DNA of 64,000 nt from Lama glama. Taxonomy: Eukaryota. Numbering within the stretch: the first letter of the stretch is position 1; the number at the start of each line of letters is the position of its first letter. The stretch covers positions 30,380,001-30,444,000 of the forward strand of contig CM052837.1 of assembly GCA_028534125.1 (NCBI GenBank). Reading direction: 5' to 3'. The position numbers were made by a program, and so were the translations under genes. The notes below the pieces were generated by a model. The model did no database searches. It saw only the letters and a program-made list of their open reading frames with translations, and had not been told where the DNA came from. Shown one piece after another: positions 1 through 12,733 of this stretch.

Positions 1-1145
1 ATAGGCTGAACTTTTAACTGGTACATTGTCTCCAAAGTTAATTTAGCTGGTTAATTTTTTTTTAATTTTGAGAATGCTTTTCATTATTATAACACCACTG
101 AATAAGTACAGAGCCTTTGCTAAATTCTTTTGTAAAGCAAAATCCTTAAGCAAAAGCAGGATGAATGGCAAATACCACAAAAATCAGACATTTAGTTGAT
201 TATATACCAGGTTTAATCTATTAGGTTCTTTAATGGGTGTTTTTGTTGTTATTTAGAGAGAATTGTATGAAATCTTCACGAAGGCCTCATTGACTTGGAG
301 TGATTTATTTTGGGGGAAACCAGATGTTTGGGATGGCTGATAACGCATGAAAAGCTGCTTTCTTTGCTGTTTGTTTTCTCAGGGTGTTAGGCAATGATGA
401 CAAATATTAAGGTACCACCTTACCCCATCCTACTGACAGGCCTGTGACTGATCTTTTTTATCAGCTGGTTGAAAACACACACGGAGAAAGAAAATTAAAT
501 AATAAGGCCTAGATGTGTGCATAGTTTAAGAAGTTAATTTAAATTTAGATGGCTAACTTACCCTCTGTGCCTTTACATTTTTTTTAACAAAAACCCCACG
601 TGCCCACCCTAAACACACACACACACACCCCCCCCTGTAGAATGTGTCGGAAGTATTTCTGAAGAACTACCACTGGCTCAGGGAAAAAAAAAAAAAAAAG
701 CCAGGATGCCTGGGCCGTTTGGTTTGAATAAGTAGTACAATTGCTATTTGTATATTTTAAAAATTCCAAATCTTATTGAATTAGAAAAGTGGGCTCCAAA
801 GAAGCTTCAGGAAACAACTGAACCACTTGTGTGGCTAATTTCAGAAATTCAAAGAAAACACAAACCTGAGAATGTCACATGACTTGGTTCTAAGGCACAA
901 AGCAGAAGGGGGATGGCCTCGGTCATTTGCTTGGTTTCTCTCTTCACATAAGATGGTCCTGCCGAATTCCAATTCAGTGTGATGACTCCCTGGGAACTGA
1001 GCTAGAATCTCCCCAATTCCCAGCGCTGAGGGGTGTCTTAGCCAACGAACAAAGCCCACAGTCCACCGCTGTGCCTGGAGGTCAGGCTGCCCAGCGCACA
1101 ACTGAGCCAAGATTCATTTGCCAGTTTCAGGCTTATTTTTGCCTC

Positions 1146-1170
1146 GGGGCGGGGCGGGGCGGGGCGGGGG
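1146..1170 (+). repeat. (GGGGC)n microsatellite / tandem GC boxes
   Basis: ggggcggggcggggcggggcggggg seen directly. Confidence 0.9.
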
Positions 1171-1494
1171 AACCCTGGCCCTACGTGACTTTTCAAATCA
1201 TGTGTCCCTCACTTTCCAACCCAAGGCGCTGTATGGATGCCAAGTGCAGGTGGCTCTTTGTCCTCCACCGATAACGAAGTCCTGGGGATAACTTCTCTCA
1301 TTTTACAGCAAACTAAACATGAGTCTATCTTTCAGCATTCAGCGATGGAAGCTTCCAGGCCTTTTTGAGCGGCACTTTATTTCTGATTTCTCAGGTCAGA
1401 AACAGAAAACGGTTGGCAGATGATCTGACTTGACATAAGGCCAGCTTCCTGGCTTTATATCTCCAGAGGAAAGATTGTAACAAGAGAAAAAGGA

Positions 1495-1620
1495 AGGGAA
1501 CCATGTTCAATGTCTTGTAATAAATGGTAACAGACAAGAACATGTATAACTGAGTCATTTTGCTGTGCACCAGAAACGAACACAACACTGTAAATTAGCT
1601 GCACTTCAATAAGAAAAAAA
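1495..1620 (+). mobile_element. 5'-truncated L1 3' end (cetartiodactyl type)
   Basis: tataactgagtcattttgctgtgcaccagaaacgaacacaacactgtaaattagctgcacttcaata followed by an A tail. Confidence 0.75.
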
Positions 1621-2719
1621 GATCCTCGTCATCGGAAAAGAAAAAAGGAGTTATTTCGATGCATAACGCAGCACCTCAGGTGGAGGACTGCATATGGCAG
1701 AGCTCATCGTTTTTTGGACTTGTGCCTCGACACGCGCTGCGGAACATCCCGGGGATAGGAAAGGTCTTCCTCTTTGAGTCTTTTAATGTGAACGGAGGAC
1801 TCTGATGGCTCCAGCCACGTGGCTGTGGGGTGATGCTCACTGAGCCCCAGTGCAGGCACTGGGTGGTTGGGGGGGAGGGCTGTGTCAACAAGACTAAAAG
1901 TAGTGGTCAGTTGAAAGATGTAGTTAGTCAGCCCTGAGGGGTGTGCGGAGGGAGGGGGAGGCAATCCCTTGAGCAGGTGACTCTGCTTGAGCAGGTATCT
2001 CCTGCTAATTGATATATTAATATTATTATTTAAAAATCAACAATAAAGCAAACAGCTTCCTTGCTGTGCCCAGGACGGTTCTAAAGTGCTTTGTAAATAT
2101 TCGCTGGCTTAGTTCTCATGGTAACTTTTCTTGTCCCCGTTAGAAAAGCGAGGCATGAGACAGATTGTAAACTGGGGGTCCCCAGGCCACCCCCACCCAC
2201 AGATAGATCTTGTCTGACCTACAAAGAATTTGACAGGTTGGTAAAATTCACAAAAAATTTGAGCTTCTGGGTGTTCCTTGAAAACTGGAAAGATTTGGTG
2301 AGTTTGGGTCTGCATTTCTGCACGGAGAGCGCTGGCGAGAGTTAGACAGACTCAGAGACAGATGGGCCGAGAGACACGCGCACACAGACAGGGCCCTGGA
2401 TATGGACTGGCTTTCTGGCTACCGGGGCTCCAACCCGGCCTGCTGCCCCCACTCCTGATCTGTGCCCGGGTTCTGAGACAATCAGAGTTGGTGACCCTGG
2501 TGTTTCAGCTATTCAAGTTCATTATGGGGGACAGATCATTCATGGTGGTGGTGGGAAGGGGTTAGGGAAGTTGAGGAAGAAATAAAATATGTGTTGAATG
2601 AATGAATGGTGTCTCTGGCCTTGAGCTGAGTTTTCTGGGTGGTGAGACAGATCAAAGGGGAGGGTTTTCCTAAGGAGAAGGTACAAGAAACGCCTTAATG
2701 TGCTGGTCTGCACTGGGGG

Positions 2720-2900
2720 CTCTGGAGAGTGGGACTGCCTGGGTTCAAGTTCCGTCTGAGGAAGCATTGTGGTCTCTGGGCTTCAGTGTCCCCATCTGTA
2801 TAATGGGACTAAGCAACCCAGTTGCTCCACCAGGGACCTGCATGGACAACATAGTGCAATGCCTGGAACATAGTAAGTGTTCAACAAATGTTAGCTCTGA
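2720..2900 (+). mobile_element. MIR
   Basis: gcctgggttcaagttcc...cttcagtgtccccatctgtataatggg...gcctggaacatagtaagtgttcaacaaatgttagc. Confidence 0.78.
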
Positions 2901-3106
2901 AAAGCCCTTTAAAAATGCTCCTTTTATGAAATTCAAATAAAAGTCTGGAGTTTAGCTGATAGTAATGGAACGATGTCAGTTTCTTCACAGTGACAAATGT
3001 ATCCCCCGTGAGGACAAGCTGGGTGAGGGGTAGGTGGGAACTCTCTGTACTGTTTCTGCAACTTTTCTTTTAATTAAAATGATTCCACAATAAAAAGTAT
3101 ATTCAT

Positions 3107-3223
3107 GGGGGGAGGGGATAGCTCAAGTGGTAGAGCTCATGCTTAGCAAGCACAAGGTCCTGGGTTCAATCCCCAGTCCTTCCTCTAAAAATAAATAAAT
3201 AAATAAACCTAACCCCCACCCCC
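3107..3223 (+). mobile_element. Camelid Vic-1-type tRNA-derived SINE
   Basis: A box tagctcaagtgg, B box ggttcaatcc, (taaa)n tail, TSD aaaa(g)ttatattca at 3092-3105 and 3224-3236. Confidence 0.88.
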
Positions 3224-4639
3224 AAAATTATATTCAAAAATCACCTTTGTCGGTAAACCGTCTATGTCCCTTTCATCAATGGCAATGCCAAATGTTCACC
3301 GAAGTCAAGAAAATCCTCAAACACACCCTCAGGTTTCACGCACCGAGGCCATTAAAGCTGCATCTGCGAAATAAATAATCTCCCAAACGGCTTTTTAAGA
3401 CAAGTGGCGATTCTGGGAAACAGCCCTTCCCGAAGCACTGGCTGACCCAGTGCCACGATGTGAACAGACCCCGGGGAGCCATGGAGCGGAGAAGTCCCAC
3501 TTTGAGAAGGCCATCCCAGCCACAACCGAGAGGCGGGATGAAGCCCAGGAGTCAGATGAACAGGCCTGAATCTCAGTCCTGCAGTCACCGCTTGTGTGAC
3601 CCTGAGCCACGTCACTGAAACTCTCTCTGCCTCAGTTTCCTCATCAGTGCGATGGACATGGTGACTGTATTTACTTGGTAGACATCAGACTTAGCAGAGG
3701 GCCTGACCTATTGAAAACATTCAGTAATACTGCTGAGCATTTCCACACCCTTTTTTGTCAGTCCAACCATTTATCTTATTACACCCCAAACCTGAGTCAG
3801 AAAGCACGATCTAGGAGAGGTCAGGCTTCGAGTCTCCTTTCATGGCCCAAGTAGGGGCCCTCGCAACGTATTCACATTGCCTGTGTCTAAAATTTGCAAA
3901 TATAAGATACTTTTATAGTCTTTGTTTTAAAGAGCCCCCCGATTGTAAAGGTTCAGGCCCCACACAGTCTAGATCCGTCCCTGCATGGAGGGCAGGTGTG
4001 GCTGCCACAAGCTCCAGAGAAGTAGCATTTTCTCTCTGCACTGGAATTCAGTGGTACCGCCATCCTGGGCTGGACTGGGGGCTCGAATGTCCAACTCCAG
4101 ATGCCACTCACTTTCTGAGCCCTGTCTCCTCACCTGCAGCACGGGAATTGGTCAAGATAATATAGAACTGACCCTAGGAGACGCGCCATCGGCATTTATT
4201 TAAATTTTAAAGCCATAAATGGCCTTTGTCATAATGGGATTCCACATGGAAAGTATAAACATGGGGTAATTCTTACGCAGCTGTCTTCTTGTTCTTAATC
4301 CTGGGCTGAGATACTCATCTTGAGTCCTACCTCCAAGCCTGATTATCTTTAGACTTCGAAAGACAATGCCTCCTAGGACAATAGCTGCTATCTCTTAAGA
4401 GGAAGACAAAACAAACGAAAAAAGCCCGGATCCCCAAACAGTGGAATGTGAGCTGGGTGGGGGCAGGGAACCCGACTAGGTGCTCGCTGAGCATCCAAGG
4501 GACTGAAACGCCATCGGGTCCAACCCGAGACCACCAGGGTCCTGCTTTTTGTCTCTTAGACCCACACCACATGCCTTCCTCACCCAGTGCTGGCTGAGAG
4601 TTGAATGTAGGGTCAACCAAGGCTGGTTGTGGAGCTGAC

Positions 4640-4835
4640 ACAGGAAACTGATTCAACCCCAGCTCTGCCACTTGCCATCTACATGACTCTAGGCAAGGTC
4701 CTTAACATCTCCAGGTCTCAGTTTCTTCATCTGTAAGATGGGGCTACTAGGACCTACCTGATATGAAATTATACATATAAAGCTTTTAGCCAAGTGCTTG
4801 GTACACAGTTAGTGCTCAATAAATGTAGCTATCAG
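4640..4835 (+). mobile_element. MIR
   Basis: Core ctcagtttcttcatctgtaagatgggg...gtgctcaataaatgtagctat. Confidence 0.8.
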
Positions 4836-5704
4836 TATCAGGCAGCAGTAAACATTTCTTGAATGTTTGGTAGAACTAGCCTGTAAACCTGCTCCTGCCT
4901 GGTGTGTGTGCCTGCGCGTGTGTGGACACGTTAGGTACTGATTCAATTTCTTCAATAGTGTTCAGTCTATTTAAGTCTCTGGATTTTCTTGGTTTGGTTT
5001 TATAAGTGATGCTTCTGTAGGAAGTTAACTTTGCCAAGTGCTCACTTTTTTGGGCATGAAATCTTTCACGGTATTCAATTTCAATTACTATTCTCTCCTG
5101 TCTCCATAGTTAAGCCCTTTTTTTTTTATCCCTAGTATTTTTATTTACATGTTCTTTTTTTAAATTACTTGACTCGGTCTAGTTAGATGTCTTCCTTAGA
5201 TTATTCATCTTTTCAAAGAACCAGCTTTTTTGGCTTGGCCAGTTTTTTTTTTTTTCTCTCAAAAATCTTTTTTTTTTCAATTTTGTTATTTCAAAAATTA
5301 TCTTTATTACAACCATCCTGCTTTCTTCAGATTATTCTATTTTTTCCCTTACTTAATAGTTTACACTTGTAAGAATAATTAAGATGTGGCCGAACCTATA
5401 ATTCTCACCTCACAGGACTGTTGTGAAAAGTAAAGGACATTATGCATACTTAGTGCTTATCAAGATGACGGGTACATAGCAGGTGCTTAATAAATGTCAA
5501 CTCTCATTACTGGCTTCATGCCTCAGTTTTTACCATCTCTGAAATGGGTCCACAGGAGGATTAAACGAGATAGTGTGTGTAAAGTTCTTGGCTCATGCAG
5601 GCCCCCTTGTGATTCATGTCATTCACTGGGTGTACAGTATATCTGTCATTAATTATAACTGTCCTGATTGTGCCTGGGGGGAGCAAGGGCCTTGGCCTCC
5701 TCTC

Positions 5705-5870
5705 CCGGGACTAGCGACAGAATTGGCAGGACCCAGCGCGAAATGAAAGTGTGGTGCCTCTTGTTAAAACCTTATTAAGAATTTCAAGATGACAACAGCA
5801 GAGCTTTAAACCAAGCTTGGGGCCCCTTCTGAGCACAGTTGCAGGTCGGACGTCCCTGAAGTTGGTCCTG
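5705..5870. mobile_element. MER45A-like hAT-Tip100 MITE
   Basis: aaatgaaa...ttaagaatttcaagatgacaacagcagagc; same family as 44905-45060. Confidence 0.65.
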
Positions 5871-6926
5871 TCCTCTCCCGGGGTCACGTGGGCAGAGAGC
5901 TGGTGTTCGGGTCTCGGAGGGTGATTTTTCTACAGGACTCTTCCCCTGTCCCTTCTCACATGTGCCTGCTCCATCCTTCTAACTGATTCCAGGACCTTGG
6001 AATTCCTTCTGACCCCTAAGGCTGCTCCTAATGCAATCAGAGGGACACCAGATCCTGAGTCAGCCCCCAAATCAAAGGCCAGGACAAAATCCTGGATAGA
6101 TTACAGCTGTTCTAAAGAAGCCACCTTTTACCGTGTTCTCCTGTTCCTTATGTTTATCGTCATAACTCAGTGAAGCCCACAGCATTTGCCATTGATAAAC
6201 CCGGCCGGGGAAGCCCGCCCGATGAGCTCACAAGGACAACGAGAGCAACTTAAAGTGCCAGGCTGCAGACGGGAGGCCAAATCTGACTTTTCAATATACA
6301 AAGCTGTTTTTTTTTTTTTTAAAAGAATGAGTGGTGATTTACAAAGATGCAGCTCAGAATAACATTTTTTATAAGAAATTGAAGAACTAGTGAGATTCGG
6401 TCAGCTTGTTTGCTGTTCGTGAGCAGATGGTTTTGCTCTGAAATGCTAGGATTTTCTCAGCTGCAGACACTGCTCCTGTCTTGCATGAACAGGAACCATG
6501 GCCGTCTCCACATCAGCCCCAAATACCTCGTACACCAGGTCCCCCGCCAAGGGCTTTACAAGGATCATCTCCTTTACTTCTCCTGACCACCCGGTGGCTA
6601 CTACGTTACCCAAGTTCACTTAGGAGGTGGGTGAGTAGGTTTTCAACCTGCCTATTTGACAAACCTATGTTCTTAGTCCCCATCCGTCACCTGGTCCTAT
6701 AAGCATGAACGACAGAAAGAGATGAAGATACAGGAATAACTAACATATGTGTATTCAACACAAATTGTGCCAAGGCCTTTACACATATCATTGCATTTGT
6801 ACCTCGTTTTGGTTTTGTGAGAGAGATGATGATGATGAATATACCCATTAGACAGATGAGGAAACTAAGGCTTCAGGGAGTTGAGTGCTGAGGGTCACAC
6901 AGCTGGTGACAGATCTGTAGAAAGGT

Positions 6927-7254
6927 TGTATCAGCAGTTGTCTAAGCTATCACAAGATACCGCAGGCTGGGTGGCTTAAGTGACAAACATTTATTTCTCA
7001 CCGTTCTGGAGGCTGGGCCATCCAAGACCAAGGTGCCAACAGATCCGGTGTCTGGTTTGCAGATGGTGGTGAACAGAGAGAGAGGAAGCAAGCTCCCTAG
7101 CGTCTCTTCTTACCAGCGCACTAATTCTATCGCAGGGGCCCCACCCTCATGACCTAATGCCTTGTCAAAGGCCCCACCTCCAAAACCCACAATGCCGGGG
7201 ATTAGGGTTTCTGAACATAACTGTGGGGAGGACACCAACATGTAGTCCATAACA
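6927..7254. mobile_element. MLT1A-like solo LTR
   Basis: TG...CA ends, internal ggctgggtggcttaa, ttctggaggctgg and ccaccctcatgacctaat motifs, imperfect 5-bp TSD aaggt/gaggt. Confidence 0.85.
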
Positions 7255-7437
7255 GAGGTCGTAATGTCAAAAATCAGAAAAGAGGCATTTGTTTTCTTTG
7301 CAGCAGTGGAGAACTGTGCTGCCAACTTTTGAATTTTCATTTACTTTACTTTTTTTTTTTTTGCTCAGTATGCTTGGCCTTCAGGGCTCCAAACAGTGAG
7401 AGGTACAGGAACACGTGAGGCCTCAAGATCCTGAAGT

Positions 7438-7459
7438 CACACACACACACACACACACA
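7438..7459. repeat. (CA)n microsatellite
   Basis: Seen directly. Confidence 0.9.
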
Positions 7460-8549
7460 GGTGGCTTGATGCCAGTGATGAAAGAGTTAACAACCCTCTT
7501 GATTGTCAGCCTCAGACATTGCAGAACTAGGCCAGCAACTTTTTCTTTTTTCCAGAAAAGGTTATAAGTAAACACAGTATGCAATAGATCTGCACTCCCT
7601 AATTGTAAGCCGCAGTCAGCACAGAAGGGTGCACAGGCTGCAGGGACAGACATGAGGGCTGGTGGCAAGGATGTCTTCTCTTCTCTGAGGGTAGCTTTTT
7701 TTTTTTTGGAGAAGATTCAAATCAACTGAAAAGTACAGAAATAGAGTATAACAAAAACTTACATTCCCACTGCCCCGAATCACCAAATATAATCATTGTG
7801 TTGCAATCTGATATTTTTAAAATAAAAAGTAAAACATGACTAATTATATCAAGCCCACTATACCTTTTCACAAGGCCTCCCCGAAAGCTACTGCTGTCAT
7901 GAAATTGATGCTTCCTTTTAGCCTCTGATACAATGATTTTAATACTCTTGTATGTACGTGTATATCTATCTGTATCTTTAAATGTTATAAGTTAATTCAT
8001 ACAATGAGTTTCTTGTTCCACTTGCTTTGTGTCTGAAATGTATCATGTTGATACACATGATTCCCTTCGACCTCAGGGTCCTGTTCTCTCTCATTCTATT
8101 TATCCTCGCTCAGATTGGTGCATTCAGGCCGTGTGCAATATTTTGCTCTTCCAGCAGTGCTGTGAGCCTCCTTCTGCCCTTATGACACTGGTTAGTGTGC
8201 GTTCCTAGGCTGTATGGTGTTGACATGCACAGGCTCCCAGAGCTAATACGTTGCTCTCCCAAGTATCACAGAGAGACTTATGCCCACTTTTACGCCCCTG
8301 CCTTTGACTTGAGGACTAACAAGTCACTCTTAGGATACATCCAAGCATCTCACCCAGCCTGTGGGACCCAGGGGGACCTGGCTGGAGCCCATCTTGGCCT
8401 CTGCTCCCCGCTGGGGTCACTCTCTGCCCCTGGAACATGTCAAACCCTTCCCGGCCCCCAGACCTTGCGCTAACTGGCCCTCCCCGCAGCTGCCCTCCGG
8501 AGACTCGGACGCTCTTCCCGGACCCGAGCTGGCCAAGCCATCGCCCCGC

Positions 8550-9315
8550 ACTTGAAATGTGGCTGCCATGTCTGAGGAACTGGATCTCTGACTTTACTTC
8601 ACTTGAATTTAAATTAAAACTTCAAAACTGCTACTTCACTCGGTTATGAGAACACTTTTAAGTACCTTTAGTACAATCTGGGGTATATGACTCTACCTTT
8701 TCAACTGTAACCTTTGTGAAATCTAGATTTAGATCAAATCTTTCCCATGAAAATTTAGTGTCCAAATTGAGATGTGCTTTTTTTAAAAATAAAATCTGTA
8801 CCAGACTGCAAAGACTTTGTGTGGGAAAAAAAAGTTAAAAAAAATCTCATTTGTTATTTTTTTCACACATTTTTGAAAAGATCATATTTTGGATACACTG
8901 GGTTGAGTGAAAATAAAAGATATTATTAAAATTTAGTCTCACCTGTTTCTTTTCTACCCTTTTTAATCTGGCTACTAGAAAACTTAACATTACATATGAG
9001 GTTAAATATGCCAAAATGTACTATTAAATAAATGTAAAAATAAATAAGTAATAAAAATAAACTTAAAATAGTTTTAAAAACTAAAACTAAATAAAATGAA
9101 AATTATAATACAAATGAAATACAATAGATTAAAATGAAATTTTAAAATAAAACTATGTAAAGATTAATATAATACATTAAAAGATTTATTAAAATAAAAA
9201 CAAATTTAAATTAAATAAACCCTAAATAAAATCTTTCCACCCATTTCTTTTTCCCTCTTTCAACTTGGCTACTAGAGAACTCAGCTTGCCTTATATTTTG
9301 AGTGGCGAGCTCTGG
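8550..9315. mobile_element. MER33/Charlie5-like element with an AT-rich interruption
   Basis: gtccaaattgagatgtgct...atattttggata...cacctgtttctttt...ggctactagaaaa. Confidence 0.7.
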
Positions 9316-9349
9316 TCTGTATCTTCCTAAGGCTGGTTTCTTCTAATAT

Positions 9350-9635
9350 TTTTGCTTTAGCATCACCCTCTCAACGAGGCTTTTCCCAACTGTACAAACT
9401 TGAGGGTCACCCCTGTACGACACAGTGGCCCCCATCACCCTGCCTTGCCTTGTTCTCATCCCAGCACTTATGACCACCTGCCACTTTGGGGTGTTTATTT
9501 CTTTGTTGCTTTTCTCAGCACAGAACATAAATGAGCATCTTCTGAATAGGAGTCTTTGCACTCTTGTTAAGCCATCTGCTCGGTGCTAGAATCGCGCCTG
9601 CCTCTTGGGTTATGCTCATAAATATTTGTTGAGTC
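9350..9635 (+). mobile_element. L2 3' fragment
   Basis: Ends gctcataaatatttgttgagt. Confidence 0.6.
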
Positions 9636-9905
9636 AACTCATCCCCATCATTCCTCAGGAACCTTTCCAAGAATTTACAAAACAAACTACACGTTGACAC
9701 ACCACCCACCCAAGGTCTCGGACTGTGTAACTTGAAATCTAACATCAAGAAGTGACATTTTCTACTTGGGATTCCGAGGGCAATTGGATCTAATGACTTT
9801 TTGCCACCCAGCCTTCCTGAGGGGTGGAAACATGGGATGGAGAAAAAGATACAGTTTGGATTTTTGCGGGAAGTACATTTGCCTGCAGCTTGATGAAAAA
9901 TCATG

Positions 9906-10048
9906 NNNNNNNNNNNNNNNNNNNNNNNNNNNNNNNNNNNNNNNNNNNNNNNNNNNNNNNNNNNNNNNNNNNNNNNNNNNNNNNNNNNNNNNNNNNNNNN
10001 NNNNNNNNNNNNNNNNNNNNNNNNNNNNNNNNNNNNNNNNNNNNNNNN
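9906..10048. other. Assembly gap
   Basis: Run of N. Confidence 1.
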
Positions 10049-11244
10049 CTCACACACAATGCTGGGAGGCTGGAGGCCCAGCTGCAGGACACCTTTTGTG
10101 TTTTCAATTTAAAGCTTCTGGGTTGATAGTTCACATTAACATGGAAAGAAATATACAACTTGTGAGTTGGGAAAGCAGTTTTTGCTCATAAAATCCTTTG
10201 ATAGTTTAGCCATCTGGTCAGAGTGAAGCCCCGCATAAAAGAGGCCCAAATAAGGTTAAAGGGCACACTCTCTCAGGGTCAAGGGGGCCCACCAGAGTTT
10301 GCTCTAGCGGAGTCCACTAAAAGGCCGCCTGACAAATTATTGCACATTCCATAGCTTTTTGCGTAAAGTATTTGATTACAGTGGACAGGAATGCTGTTGA
10401 TATTTTCAAACGTGAGGCCCGGAGGAGGGGAGGACGCAGTCCTGTTCATTAACGCTTCTCGGATCACCCGGTTCCCTGCTCCTGTTAGACGTGCTCTAAG
10501 CATTTTATTGAATGGCTCCGCGCGGCCTCGGTGCATTCGGAAGCCTTTTGGCTTCGGCAGTGGTGTGAAGAGATACGTTCCTCCCCCTCGGGGAGAAAAA
10601 AGAAACACGCTGCCTCACCCTGCATTGCCAGGACAGCCCCTCTGCTAGTTTTTCTTGCTGTTTGGTAATAAAATAGGGAAGGAACCACAATACGGGGAAC
10701 TCTGTGCTCTTTCCGGTGTGAATGTCAACAGAACGAAACATATTTATGGCTTTATTTCTCAGAGGGGATCCCAGACAGAAGGGAATTTGAAGTGATTAAG
10801 CGTCATTTTCTCTAGAGCTCTGGACAAAAGCAGAGGAAATCACTTGATTTTATGGGGTCTTTGATAATACAAGTACAGTAAGTAAACACAGGTCTTTGAA
10901 CGGCCGGAGCACACATCTTGGATTGCTAAAACGTGCCAAGAAGGTATTCCCTTTACTTGAAATTAGGAAGAACAACAGTTTCATTCTGGTAAGAGACACA
11001 GCTTTGCAGATCTTTTTCCATAAGACATATTTGGGGGTGCATGTGTAATTTTTCCAGCTTCCGGAAGCAAAGAGGTGGGCCACGCAGATGGACCAGTCAG
11101 TCCAAGAGGAGGTGAGTCTATGAGTTGGGCCCCAAGTCTCCAGCAGAGGGAGGACTGGCTGTGGTGGAAGGTCTGAGTGTCAGGAGCCCCACCCCATCTC
11201 CAAGTCTCCCTACAGGTGCCCAGAAAGCCCCTGGGGCCTCTTTG

Positions 11245-11410
11245 TATATTTTTTTTTGGAGGTAAAATACACATAACGTAAAATTTACCATTTTAGGTGT
11301 AAAATGCAGTGGCATTTAGTCCATTCCCAGTGCTGTGCAAACAGCAACACGATTTAGTTCCGGAACTTTTTTAGTAACCGAAAAGGAAAGCTCCGTGGCC
11401 ATGAAGCAGC
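11245..11410 (-). mobile_element. L1MB-like 3' end
   Basis: ggtaaaatacacataacgtaaaatttaccattttag...cagtggcatttagt. Confidence 0.7.
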
Positions 11411-11424
11411 CCTTCAGGCGTCTG

Positions 11425-11579
11425 CTTTTTATTTTTTCTTTTATTCTGGGCGGGGGGGGGGCGGTAACTGGGCTTCTATATTTATTTATCTACTTATTTT
11501 TAACGGAGGGGCTGGGGATTGAACCCAGGACTGTGTGCCTGCTAGGCATGTGTTCTGCCCCGAGCTATGCCCTCCCCCC
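11425..11579 (-). mobile_element. Camelid Vic-1-type SINE
   Basis: ggggattgaacccagg (reverse B box), gagctatgccctcccc head, (ttta)n tail. Confidence 0.82.
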
Positions 11580-12583
11580 ACCAAGGCGTTTTTAAAAATA
11601 ACAGGTTTGCTCCTGTGGGAACAATGCAAGAAGCCCATAAAAGACGGTGGGAAACTGCTCATTGGATCTGTTTATTTACGGTTCTATTTATTTCCTTCAT
11701 GACAGGATATAAAGTCAGGCATGATGTAAAATACAGATGCACGCACACACACACATACATATTTAGGTAGTTTTATTTATTTATTTATTTATTTGTGAAA
11801 ACTAATTTGTGTGAGAGAGAGAGAGGGAATGAGAGGGAAAGAATAGATCATGGACCCGAGGACGAGGGAAGAGCCATTTCGCTGTTGCCTGATCACGTGC
11901 AATTTTATGTTCTACTGACAGCGAGGTTCCCACATGTCATTCCATTCTGGCTATTTGACAACATGTTATATTAAAACATCACCTTAGTTGGCCTCAGCTT
12001 CTCAAGGTACCAAATGTTTATGTGAACAATGGGACATAGATACATTAATAAAAGCTAAAAAAAAAAAAACATAGAGAATTAATGGCAACCAACGCATCAG
12101 GCTCAGTACCAGTTGCTCACGTGTTTCGTCTCTAACCCAACAGAAGACTCAATTTGCAAAATGAGAGGATGGGTCCATTATCCCATTTTACAGATTAGGA
12201 TATTGAGGCTCCTGGCAGTGAAGGCACTGCTGAAGGTTATTTAACTAATTAGTGCTGGAATCACTGGGTCTAAACTCTTAACCATGAAACTCAGTGCCAT
12301 GAAGAAAGTCAAAGTTTAACAGAAATTATACACTCCAATGACAAAAAGGAAAATTAGGTAGAGGTATTTAATGATACACACGGACTATGTGCCATCTGAG
12401 TTCTTGGAAAGTGTGGCAGACATCCTTGTTTGCCTCCTGGACGGCCCTTGGCCCCTGATTTCGTGCAGACTGAATGATACCTACCTTCTGGATTCATCTA
12501 AATTAGCAGTTCTCAGTTTTTTTGGATGTCAAGATACCAACTTTGACATGAAAACTAAGAACATTTAAAATATTTGTTTATTA

Positions 12584-12733
12584 CAGTCAGCCCTTGGCAT
12601 CGGTGAGTCCTGCATCAGGGGACAAAGAGGGCCGACCATACTATGCCATTTTATATAAAGGACTTGAGCATCCACAGGTTTTGGTATCTGCAGGCATCCT
12701 GGAACCAATACCCAGTGGATATGGAAGAACTAT
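12584..12733. mobile_element. MER2-like Tigger MITE nested in an older hAT element
   Basis: ta|cagtcagccct...ggacttgagcatccacaggttttggtatctgcagg...ggaaccaat. Confidence 0.7.

Noticed and set aside
3107-3185. tRNA gene
   Set aside because: A and B boxes are present, but it has an A-rich tail and TSDs and recurs as a dispersed family, so it is a SINE.
9515-10191. ORFs containing X runs (also 18953-19270)
   Set aside because: Artefacts of translating through N gaps.
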